From assembly GCA_964652795.1 (NCBI GenBank), contig CAZZBF010000003.1:16017-80016 (forward strand): DNA of 64,000 nucleotides, given 5' to 3'. Source of the stretch: an uncultured Syntrophales bacterium. GTDB lineage: Bacteria; Desulfobacterota; Syntrophia; Syntrophales; JADFWA01. Positions 51,245 to 59,870 of this stretch are shown piece by piece; positions within the stretch are counted from its first letter, which is position 1, and every line of letters starts with the position of its first letter. A model generated the notes under the pieces. It saw only the letters and a program-made list of their open reading frames with translations. It was not told where the DNA came from and ran no database searches. The translations under genes were made by a program, and so were the position numbers.

Positions 51245-52074
51245 CGCATTGCATTACGTGGCGGTCTTCTCAGGTAGCGTTCCGTAAAAATCTCATCACC
51301 AAGTCCGATATTATACCGGATATTGGAAAAGATCATTTTCGTCGTACTACCGCTTTCCAGGTCTTTGGCAATCGACACGGTCGCCGTCGGGTATACCACC
51401 TTTTTGCCGTTTTCCTCGGATTGAATCTCTTCCAGCTTCGCCACCTCGATAACACGGTAGAGTTGATCGCCCTTTTTAAAAAATTCCATTTTCATCGGCA
51501 TAAATGTCTTTCTGTCGATGTAAGCCGTGTAATATTTAAACTCCACGGTATCGGGATTTTTCGGAACGTTTTTGAGGATATAACAAGTATCCGTTTTATT
51601 GATCAGTTCATGTGTGTCTTCGGCGGGACTGCGGCCGGAAATATCTTCATACAAAAAATCCGATCCGACAAAACTTGTCCGCTTATCGCTTGCGGCAATC
51701 CGTTTGACCAGATCCAGCCCGGGCATATAGAGCCAGCGGTCATCGTCTTTTTCAAGGGCGGCATGCTTGTGCACCATAAAGACCATCTTGCGCACATCGG
51801 CAGGCGCCTGAAAAAAGGAGTAATACTTCTGGTCCTGATCTCTTTCGTCGACATTTTTCCGAAGCATGTTGAACTTCCTTATCCGCATCCGTCCCTGCTT
51901 ATCCTGTATCTCCAAGATAACCGTGCCTTTGCCGTCCGCTCCCTGGTATAAAGCCATATGATTGGCCTTCCGTATGATTTCATCCACTGTCGGTTCTCCC
52001 GCCTGTCCTTCACCACATACAACTCCCACGAACAATACAAAGAATATTGCAACAATCATCGCTCTTGTTTTCAT
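51241..52074 (-). CDS. LolA-like outer-membrane lipoprotein-sorting family protein
   Basis: ATG 52074 gives MKTRAMIVAIFFVLFVGVVCGEGQA, 1 nt after the RND stop. It has a 4-nt overlap with the OMP gene. The family assignment is from memory of LolA-like proteins that accompany MMPL/RND exporters. Confidence 0.6.
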   Translation of the reverse strand: MKTRAMIVAIFFVLFVGVVCGEGQAGEPTVDEIIRKANHMALYQGADGKGTVILEIQDKQGRMRIRKFNMLRKNVDERDQDQKYYSFFQAPADVRKMVFMVHKHAALEKDDDRWLYMPGLDLVKRIAASDKRTSFVGSDFLYEDISGRSPAEDTHELINKTDTCYILKNVPKNPDTVEFKYYTAYIDRKTFMPMKMEFFKKGDQLYRVIEVAKLEEIQSEENGKKVVYPTATVSIAKDLESGSTTKMIFSNIRYNIGLGDEIFTERYLRRPPRNAMR

Positions 52075-52075
52075 T

Positions 52076-54784
52076 TTATTTTTCGCTTTCTTCGAGTAAA
52101 TTCTCACTTGCCGTAACCCGGCCTCGAAGTTCAGCCGGATGGAATGCGGCAGTATTTATCTTAACCTTCCTGAAAAACCACCTTTCCGCTGCAGTCAATA
52201 TCGCTGGCAGGGCCAGCAATGTGATTACACCGGAGAGCATCATGATCGCGAACAGCATAATTCCCATTGTTTTGTACGGGACTAGCGGCGCCACCGTCAA
52301 CGGCAGGAATCCTAAGGCTATTACCAAGACATTCCGGCTTATCGCCCGGGCCGGTTCATCGAACATCTTGTCAATTGCTGCTTTCCACGAACCGGTTTCA
52401 GTATATTTGCCGAGACCTCGTTGCAGGAAATGAATCGCAAAATCTACCGCCATGCCGAGTGCCAGAACTCCCAGAACCGCAATCGGCAGGTCGTAATCTT
52501 TACCGATGATGCCGATGATGCCGTAAATCGTTACAATGGTAATCGTCAGTGGTACCATGCACAACGACCCCCACCGGAAAGAGCGAAACAGAAAGGACAT
52601 CATAAAAAAGACCACCACAAAGCTTCCGATCAACGATCGCAGCATCGATGGAATCAATTTGTCTTCCAGTACAAGATTGATATAATGCAGACCGGCCCAG
52701 CGGTGATTCAACTCGACCGGTGGCGGAACTTCATTGAAATAGTCGTCGACCGCCTTGATGGCAGCCTTCATGGCCTTACTGTCACCCGTGTTTAACTGTA
52801 TCCAGACATTGGCATTCATGTAATCCGGGGCAACCATGTGCCACAGATCGTTAGGACGGTGACCCTGCTGAAATTGCATACAGCACTGTGCAACTCCCTG
52901 TAACGTATCCGGTATGCGGAAGTTTTCCGGCCTTCCGTCAATCATTTCCTGATTGACTTTGCGGACCGCATCCACAACGGACGTGGTTTTTCCAACCAAT
53001 CCGCTTTCCTCCATGTGGTACTGTAATGCGGCCATGTACCTCAAAACCTCAGGACGTTTGAATACTTTCAGCTCTTCTTTCTTGATGCCGATGTAGGTCC
53101 GCAGTTCATCATATACATAGAAATCATCGTCAGACGCATTCCCGGATATTTTATTGATATAATCTGCTATCGAATTCAGAAAGTCTTCGTACGACCGGCT
53201 CTGCCCGGCCAGCCCCGGAATAATTTCCGCAAGCTCCTTTGCCAGTTCCGGGGCATTTTTGAATTCGGTCTTTATCTTGTCGGCGGCGATAACCAAATCC
53301 CGGAAGATTTCCTGTATATCCGTGTCGGTAAATGTATCCGGTTTTTGACCTTCCAGCACCAGATATGCCGTATAGGTTCCGTCAAGGCGCTTGTTCAAAG
53401 CGATATCGGCTTCACGGATGGGGTGCCCCTTCGCAAAGCGTTTGGCATAGTTATCGTTAACCTGGATCTGGGTGGTCCCCCAGATTGCAACGGCAACCAC
53501 GATTACCAGTATTCCAAGAACCGGTTTTGCGTGTTTATAGGTGAGATTGCCGACCGCATGTAACATACTGGTCATACGGCTCCGTGTATCTCTTTGCTGT
53601 TCATACATACCGAAATTTTGCAATCTTTTCTCAGGGATCATCATGATATACGCAGGAACAAAAACAACGGTGTAAAGCCAGGCGATTACAACACCGATAC
53701 TGAGGAACGCGCCGAAGATCTGGGCCGGCGGGATGGGTGTAAATACCAGCGAAGCAAAACCTGCGGCGGTGGTCAACGATGTGTAAAAAATGGGAACGAA
53801 GAGGGTATTCATAACGTCCCGTATGGTTTCTGTACGCCCTCTTTCTATTGTATAGACATCAAAAAAATCGGACAGGATGTGTATTGAGCTGACGGCGCCG
53901 ATACACATCAGAAAAATAGGGATCATCGAACTCAGTATATGAATCTGGAATCCGAGAGCGATCATCAAACCCATTGTGGACATGACTGAGAACATTGCAA
54001 TGATCATCGGGAGGATTACCAGCCGCAATTTACGGAAGAAGACCCACAGCAGAAAAAAGATAACCGCCATGGCCAATGGCGACCCGACAGCCATCTGGGA
54101 AAACATTTCCACACCGATAGCAACTTCGGCAACCGGTGCACCGGCGATGTGATATTCTTCATCGCCATCCATCTGTTCTATTTTTTTGCTCAATTCATTG
54201 CAGATACGGTAACTCAGGTGCTTGTCCGTCAACGGCAGGTATATGCACATCACTGTGCCATCTTTCGAGAACATCCTGCCCACGAGCATCTGATTTGAAA
54301 ATGCTTTTTCCCGAATGGCCCGGGCCTCTTCCCTGGTCTCCGGCGGCTTGGACATGAGCCATTCGAACTTGATCTCTCCGGGCCTTCCCTGGCTCATGTG
54401 GTCTGCCAGCGACGGAGCAAGCATATCCGCCTCAATGACACCGGATAAACGATCAGGATTTTCTTCATCGGGCCAGCGAAGCATTTTGGCAAATTCGGTC
54501 AGTTCATACACGCGTTTTAAGGTTGCCGGATTGAAAACACCATCCGAGTCGTGCTTGTTGATAACGCCCAGAACAACGGTTTCACTGAGAGCGAATTCTC
54601 TTTTGCTTTGATTATGAAATACACGATGGGGGTCATCTTTCGGGATCATGTTTTCGGGATCCGTATCGATCTCTGCCAGCGGAAAGAATGCACACATGGC
54701 GATTGTAAACACTACCATCACCAGTGTGGCAAGTTTGTAATGGTTGATTGAGAAATTAATTAAAACGTCTTTTAAATTTTTCAT
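52076..54784 (-). CDS. MMPL/RND-superfamily exporter (COG1033-type, two 6-TM bundles)
   Basis: 902 aa with two hydrophobic blocks, each preceded by a large soluble loop. This is the typical MMPL/HpnN-like architecture. Confidence 0.8.
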   Translation of the reverse strand: MKNLKDVLINFSINHYKLATLVMVVFTIAMCAFFPLAEIDTDPENMIPKDDPHRVFHNQSKREFALSETVVLGVINKHDSDGVFNPATLKRVYELTEFAKMLRWPDEENPDRLSGVIEADMLAPSLADHMSQGRPGEIKFEWLMSKPPETREEARAIREKAFSNQMLVGRMFSKDGTVMCIYLPLTDKHLSYRICNELSKKIEQMDGDEEYHIAGAPVAEVAIGVEMFSQMAVGSPLAMAVIFFLLWVFFRKLRLVILPMIIAMFSVMSTMGLMIALGFQIHILSSMIPIFLMCIGAVSSIHILSDFFDVYTIERGRTETIRDVMNTLFVPIFYTSLTTAAGFASLVFTPIPPAQIFGAFLSIGVVIAWLYTVVFVPAYIMMIPEKRLQNFGMYEQQRDTRSRMTSMLHAVGNLTYKHAKPVLGILVIVVAVAIWGTTQIQVNDNYAKRFAKGHPIREADIALNKRLDGTYTAYLVLEGQKPDTFTDTDIQEIFRDLVIAADKIKTEFKNAPELAKELAEIIPGLAGQSRSYEDFLNSIADYINKISGNASDDDFYVYDELRTYIGIKKEELKVFKRPEVLRYMAALQYHMEESGLVGKTTSVVDAVRKVNQEMIDGRPENFRIPDTLQGVAQCCMQFQQGHRPNDLWHMVAPDYMNANVWIQLNTGDSKAMKAAIKAVDDYFNEVPPPVELNHRWAGLHYINLVLEDKLIPSMLRSLIGSFVVVFFMMSFLFRSFRWGSLCMVPLTITIVTIYGIIGIIGKDYDLPIAVLGVLALGMAVDFAIHFLQRGLGKYTETGSWKAAIDKMFDEPARAISRNVLVIALGFLPLTVAPLVPYKTMGIMLFAIMMLSGVITLLALPAILTAAERWFFRKVKINTAAFHPAELRGRVTASENLLEESEK

Positions 54785-54839
54785 ATTATTGCTCCGACGG
54801 CTGCATTAGTTAAGGTACTTAACCATTATGGTAAAAAAA

Positions 54840-55316
54840 TTACTTCCTTGTCCGATTCGAAAGACGCTGGTCCATGACACTTCCAAGTGCCTCCAACAGA
54901 ACCGATAAGGTTGCAATTTGTGAAAGAGAGAATGCACTCAAACGTTTAATCAAATCGGTCATATCTCTTCCATGAAACTGATCATGAGCCCGAAACGCCT
55001 TCCACCCTAAAGGCGTAAGTGAAAGCTCGAATTCCTTGTTACTGTGAACAGCTTGTTTTTTTGACAAATAACCCCTCTTGGTCAACTTGGAAACCATCTG
55101 CGAGGCCGCACTTTTTGTTATTCCAAAATAAGAGGCTACTTGTGTAACGCTCATCCGCTCATGTTTACCAACAGCTTGGATTGTATGGGCCTCCCGGGTC
55201 GTGATTTTCAATCCTGTATCAACAGGTATAGATAACTCTTCAATCCGTGAATACATATTGGCAATGCGCAAGAGTTTCTGAATAGTGGACTTGATAAGAT
55301 CTTCCTTGGTTTCCAT
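54840..55316 (-). CDS. MarR-family transcriptional regulator
   Basis: 158 aa with the winged HTH MSVTQVASYFGITKSAASQMVSKLTKRGYLSKK. Confidence 0.88.
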   Translation of the reverse strand: METKEDLIKSTIQKLLRIANMYSRIEELSIPVDTGLKITTREAHTIQAVGKHERMSVTQVASYFGITKSAASQMVSKLTKRGYLSKKQAVHSNKEFELSLTPLGWKAFRAHDQFHGRDMTDLIKRLSAFSLSQIATLSVLLEALGSVMDQRLSNRTRK

Positions 55317-55703
55317 AATGCGGAAAGTACAGTAGCTTAACCATTATGTCAAGAAAAAAATTGTCGTGTTCGAAATAAACATAAAATAAAGTTGTCTCTA
55401 CGTTTCGTTACACGATAGCCGTAATTTGGATTTCTACAGCATCGCTTCGTGTCCTTGACTTGCCTCCTTTGCATACGGGTTTCCTTAATTTAAAGTTAGG
55501 TCATCGCAGAACAAAAGAATTGATAAGGAACAGGGAAAAATCATGCGAAATATTATGATAAACCGTATTATCAGCGGCTTTTCCTCCTTAGCGTGTACTT
55601 TACCATCTGGAAGGTGTGTTGAATATTCCTGCTGCTGTTTGTCTTGGCTAAATATGGAAAGGTGCAGAGTCTGATTGGCATGTATTGGAGAAAACCGGTT
55701 ATG

Positions 55704-55820
55704 ATTGACAACCTATTTGCCCGTTCTCGCAGACTTTGAACTGAACAGCGAGCGTATTATTCTCCGAATTACTTCGTTCCCCGCTACTTGTGGCGGGGTT
55801 AGCAAGCGAATAAAAATAAT
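55704..55820 (+). repeat. REP-like intergenic repeat, copy 3 (most complete: box A + core + hairpin + tail)
   Basis: ATTGACAACCTATTTGCCCGTTCTCGCAGACTTTGAA, then CTGAACAGCGAGCGTATTATTCTCCGAATTACTTCGTTCC, then CCCCGC-TACTTGTG-GCGGGG, then TTAGCAAGCGAATAAAAATAAT. A second related hairpin lies at 55845..55866. Confidence 0.85.
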
Positions 55821-55868
55821 AATCTTCATTAACAGTCGGAGATTCCCCGCAACTTGTTGAGAGGGGCT

Positions 55869-56858
55869 TCAAATTTTTATAGGTGAGTGTTTGATAGAAT
55901 CACCTTTGTAAGAAGAAATAATCCTCTCTGCCTTCAGGATTGTTTCTTTAGCTTTTTCTAATGTTATGTGTGCCTTGTTGTCGTAGATTGTGTAATCTTT
56001 TCTGTGACGGTCGGGCGTGAAGTCTGGCATAATGACATTTGCTCCTGTCTTTAATCCGCGGAAAAGCCCCATTTCAGAATCGGCAGTTGCAATTGCCGTG
56101 GTCACGGGTATATGAGAGTTCCTGGTCACGATTCGTGCCAGTGCAAGGACTTTCAGCGCTAATGATAAATTTCCCTGAGGAGCCTGCGACAGCGGTGTAT
56201 CATGTTGAGGAATAAAAAGACCGACTGATAACATATCAGTATCCAGTTCCTTTAGCAGCAGGATATCCGCACAGAGATCATTTATGCTTTGACCTGGAAG
56301 GCCCACGATATTTCCGGTTCCGATCTGGTATCCCGTTTCCCGTAAAAATTTCAGGGTGCGTATCCTGTGTTTCAGGTACTGGCGGGGGTGGAATTTTTTG
56401 TACAGCTCTTCACTGGCTGTCTCATGCTTGAGCAGGTAGCGGTCTGCACCCGCGAATTTAAACGCCCTGTAGTCCTCAAAAGGTCTTTCTCCGACGCTCA
56501 GGGTAATTGCGACATCAGCATGGTCTTTTATGCGCTCTATGACCCGGCAGAGCATAGATTGAGTGAAATAAAAATCATCACCCGATTGCAAAACAATAGT
56601 TCTGATACCGAATGATATGATCTGCAGGGCAAGATCTATTATTTCTTCCTCATCCATTCGGTATCTGTTCAGATTTTTATTATCTTTCCGAAGTCCGCAA
56701 TAGAGACAGTTACGGCAGCAATAGCTGGAAAATTCGATGATACCCCTGATATGTACTTCATCACCGCAATGTTTCTTTCTGACTTTATCAGCCTTCTGAA
56801 AGAGTTCTTCATCTGTGGCTGAGGTTTGCAAATAGTATAAGATCTCATCCCTGTCCAT
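55869..56858 (-). CDS. hydE: [FeFe]-hydrogenase maturase HydE (radical SAM)
   Basis: 329 aa with CRNCLYCGLR (CX3CX2C). It is BioB-like and sits in an operon with hydG and hydF. Confidence 0.87.
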   Translation of the reverse strand: MDRDEILYYLQTSATDEELFQKADKVRKKHCGDEVHIRGIIEFSSYCCRNCLYCGLRKDNKNLNRYRMDEEEIIDLALQIISFGIRTIVLQSGDDFYFTQSMLCRVIERIKDHADVAITLSVGERPFEDYRAFKFAGADRYLLKHETASEELYKKFHPRQYLKHRIRTLKFLRETGYQIGTGNIVGLPGQSINDLCADILLLKELDTDMLSVGLFIPQHDTPLSQAPQGNLSLALKVLALARIVTRNSHIPVTTAIATADSEMGLFRGLKTGANVIMPDFTPDRHRKDYTIYDNKAHITLEKAKETILKAERIISSYKGDSIKHSPIKI

Positions 56859-57147
56859 ATATCTTTATTTGCTCTTTCAGTGACGATAGAATTTTTCCTC
56901 TTTCAGTGACGGGGATTTCCTTCCATCTATTCGAAACAATGCCGAACCGTTTATTCAGCCGGATGCGGTCCGAGGGAAAAAGAGAAATTTCCCCTTCTCT
57001 CTGTCCTGCAATATATGACCATCTTTTCCCTAATATCTCGGCAAACCATATGTTAACACCATATTCTTTCTTAACAAGGTCTGCTACACGGGCAAGTTTT
57101 CCTGTCAGATTTTCCTTAGAAATAGAGGTCCCTTTCCCCATTTTCAA
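56845..57147 (-). CDS. hypothetical 100-aa protein between hydG and hydE
   Basis: The ORF overlaps the hydG 3' end by 32 nt and the hydE start by 14 nt, which suggests translational coupling. I recognise no motif in MKMGKGTSISKENLTGKLARVADLVKKEYGVNIWFAEILGKRW.... Confidence 0.55.
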   Translation of the reverse strand: MKMGKGTSISKENLTGKLARVADLVKKEYGVNIWFAEILGKRWSYIAGQREGEISLFPSDRIRLNKRFGIVSNRWKEIPVTERGKILSSLKEQIKIYGQG

Positions 57148-58609
57148 TCCTTTTGCAATATTCCGTCAATTTCGGATATATAGAAGGCATTTGTTCTTTG
57201 ATTTCATTCATCTCTCTTTCTATTACTTTTTCTCCCATTTTCTTTGTTCCCTCACTGGCAAAATCATTCAGCCATTCCCTGAAGGTGAGCACCGCGTTGA
57301 GTTTGCAGAAACGACCTTCCTGTCCGCATTTCAGGAGTTTCATAATAAGTTTGCCGGTTCTCCCGCATCTGTAGCCCGCTGTGCAGAAAGATGTAATATA
57401 CCCCATTTCGGCAAGCTCTTTTATGAACTCATCCAGACTTCTTGGATCACCCAGAAGAAACTGTTGCCTTTTTGCCTCCTGTTCATCATATTTCTCACTA
57501 TAGGTACCAATGCCGATTTTCGTACCCGCGTCCGCCTGAGTAACTCCCAGCGGGATAACCTCACGGCGTAGCTGTGCACTTTCCCTCGCAGTTAAAATAA
57601 GACCCGTGTAAGGAACTGAAAGTCTTATTATAGTTACCAGTTTTTTAAAATCATCATCACAAACCCTGTAATCGGTTGAGCTTATAAAGGGAGTGTTTTC
57701 TGCCGGCTGTAGTCTTGGGATTGAAATAGTATGGGGTCCTACCCCAAATTGCTCTTCTAAATTTAAGGCATGGTACAACAAACCCATAACCTCGAATTTC
57801 CAGTTATACAGGCCAAAGAGCACGCCTATGCCCACGTCATCTATGCCGGCATCCATTGCCCTATGCAGAGAATAGAGTCTCCACCCATAATTTGATTTTG
57901 GTCCTTCAGAGTTGGGATGAACATCCCTATAGGTTTTATGATGGTATGTCTCTTGAAATACCTGATATGTTCCTATGCCCACTTCGTTTAGCATTCTGAG
58001 CTTTTCAATGCTCATTGAGGCAACATTGACATTAATTCTTCTTATTTCACCTCTTCCAATTTTTGTTTCGTAGATGGTACGAAGTACATCGGCAATGTAA
58101 TCGGCGTCCATGCTGGGATGTTCTCCACAATCCAGCATGAGACGTTTATGGCCCACGGAAATCATCGCCTTTGTTTCCTCTCGTACTTGATCCAGAGATA
58201 ATCGATTTCTCACTTCCTTTAGATTGTCTTTCCTGAAAGCACAATATAGGCAATCGTTAACACAAAGATTACCAAAATAAAGAGGCGCAAATGTTACGAT
58301 ACGGTTATCATAAACTTTTCTCTTCACCTCACCCGCCACCTCAAACATTTCATTCCATAACTCTTCATCTTGCACATTCAGTAGCGCTGCGGTTTCATCC
58401 CGGCTGAGAGTTTCTATGGAAAGGGATTTTTGAAGGATCTCTCTTATTTTTTTAGATTCGGGATTTTTATTCCTTGCAATTTCCCCCCATATTTTATCGT
58501 CGGATATAAAATCTTTCCCGTTGGTCATGTATCTTGTTATCTCATCCTCTTCGATAACACTTTTTGCCCAGTTTGACTCTGATTGGTTAAGAACTGATCC
58601 TGCGTTCAT
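57116..58609 (-). CDS. hydG: [FeFe]-hydrogenase maturase HydG (radical SAM tyrosine lyase)
   Basis: 497 aa with CVNDCLYCAFR and the C-terminal Cys cluster FCTAGYRCGRTG...CGQEGRFC. Confidence 0.9.
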   Translation of the reverse strand: MNAGSVLNQSESNWAKSVIEEDEITRYMTNGKDFISDDKIWGEIARNKNPESKKIREILQKSLSIETLSRDETAALLNVQDEELWNEMFEVAGEVKRKVYDNRIVTFAPLYFGNLCVNDCLYCAFRKDNLKEVRNRLSLDQVREETKAMISVGHKRLMLDCGEHPSMDADYIADVLRTIYETKIGRGEIRRINVNVASMSIEKLRMLNEVGIGTYQVFQETYHHKTYRDVHPNSEGPKSNYGWRLYSLHRAMDAGIDDVGIGVLFGLYNWKFEVMGLLYHALNLEEQFGVGPHTISIPRLQPAENTPFISSTDYRVCDDDFKKLVTIIRLSVPYTGLILTARESAQLRREVIPLGVTQADAGTKIGIGTYSEKYDEQEAKRQQFLLGDPRSLDEFIKELAEMGYITSFCTAGYRCGRTGKLIMKLLKCGQEGRFCKLNAVLTFREWLNDFASEGTKKMGEKVIEREMNEIKEQMPSIYPKLTEYCKRIENGERDLYF

Positions 58610-59870
58610 TTTTTAAATCCTCCTCGATTTCTTTCATTTTCTTGTCAAAAGCAACCAGTGCCGCGGGGAAGGGGGTCAGGGTTCTTCTCAATACACCTTG
58701 CAGAAAGGAGATGGCCACGCCATAATTTGTAATGGGCACCTTTGCCTCACACGCCTTTTGAATCCTGTTTAACATTTCTTTTCTGGTGAGCATACAGGCT
58801 CCGCAGTGTATGATGAGACTGTATTCTCTTAAGTTTTCCGGGTAATCCCTTCCCGCATAAACATCAATATCCAGTTCACAGCCTAAATATTGTTTTAGCC
58901 ACCTTGGTATTTTTACCCTCCCGATATCGTCCTGAACAGGGTGATGGGAGCATGCCTCCGCGATCAATACCTTGTCACCCGGGTTTAAAGTTTCTATAAA
59001 GGCGGCGCCCCTTGCCGCTTCTGCGAGGTCTCCCTTGTGCCTCGCGAAGAGGATGGAGAATGTGGTGGCCGGAACACCTTTCGGCGTGTCGGCACACATC
59101 TTCTGAACAACCTGGGAATCGCAGACAACGATATCGGGTTGCCTGTTTAAGGTGTTCAATGTATAGGAGAGTTCTCTTTCCTTTACAATCAGCGCCCCCG
59201 CGTCGCTATCCAGCGCGTCCCTTATAGTCTGAACTTGGGGCAGTATGATTCTCCCCTTTGGTGCCTCGAGGTCTATGGGAACGACGAGAACGGCCAGTCC
59301 TCCCGGAACAAGAAGGTCTCCGATTATCGGTGGTGGTTGGATGAAATCATCCGGGCAGACTTCAATCAGGTGTTGTTTTAAAGATTCTATATAACTATCT
59401 CTTTTCCCCCAGTCTATGCTGGACGCAAAAACCACATGTTCGGTCTTTTCTGAAATTAGTTTTATAAATTCGGGAGCCGGCTTTCTCTGATCAATCTTGT
59501 TTATTACTGCAATTGCGGGAACTTTTCTCTTCTTCGTTTCGCGGAACACTTCATCTTCAAAATTCGTCCATATATCCGGTTCTACAACAAGGAACACGAC
59601 ATCCGCTCTCTCGAATACATTGTGCGTCTTCTTCAGTCTCAAGGTCGAAAGGATGGATACGTCATCCAGGCCTCCAGTATCGAGAAAAAGTACCGGCCCC
59701 AGGGGTAGAAGCTCCATCGCCTTTTCCACAATATCGGTGGTTGTTCCCGCGATGGGCGATGTGATGGCTATATCCTGTCCCATGATAAGATTGAGCAAAC
59801 TTGATTTGCCCACATTTGTCCTGCCGAAGAGGGCAATTTGCAACCTATCTCCCTTTGGCGTTCCTTTCAT
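58587..59870 (-). CDS. hydF: [FeFe]-hydrogenase maturation GTPase HydF
   Basis: 427 aa with the G1 motif GRTNVGKSS, DTGG, NKID and the C-terminal cluster motif EACSHH...HCGACML. Confidence 0.9.
   Translation of the reverse strand: MKGTPKGDRLQIALFGRTNVGKSSLLNLIMGQDIAITSPIAGTTTDIVEKAMELLPLGPVLFLDTGGLDDVSILSTLRLKKTHNVFERADVVFLVVEPDIWTNFEDEVFRETKKRKVPAIAVINKIDQRKPAPEFIKLISEKTEHVVFASSIDWGKRDSYIESLKQHLIEVCPDDFIQPPPIIGDLLVPGGLAVLVVPIDLEAPKGRIILPQVQTIRDALDSDAGALIVKERELSYTLNTLNRQPDIVVCDSQVVQKMCADTPKGVPATTFSILFARHKGDLAEAARGAAFIETLNPGDKVLIAEACSHHPVQDDIGRVKIPRWLKQYLGCELDIDVYAGRDYPENLREYSLIIHCGACMLTRKEMLNRIQKACEAKVPITNYGVAISFLQGVLRRTLTPFPAALVAFDKKMKEIEEDLKNERRISS

Noticed and set aside
55779-55868. Possible mini-CRISPR: CCCCGC...GCGGGG hairpins that resemble type I-E repeats (GTTCCCCGC..GCGGGG), two units about 45 nt apart.
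   Set aside because: There are only two units, of unequal length and imperfect identity. There is no regular array and there are no cas genes in the window. The same hairpin style occurs singly at other loci, so it behaves as a REP-like module.
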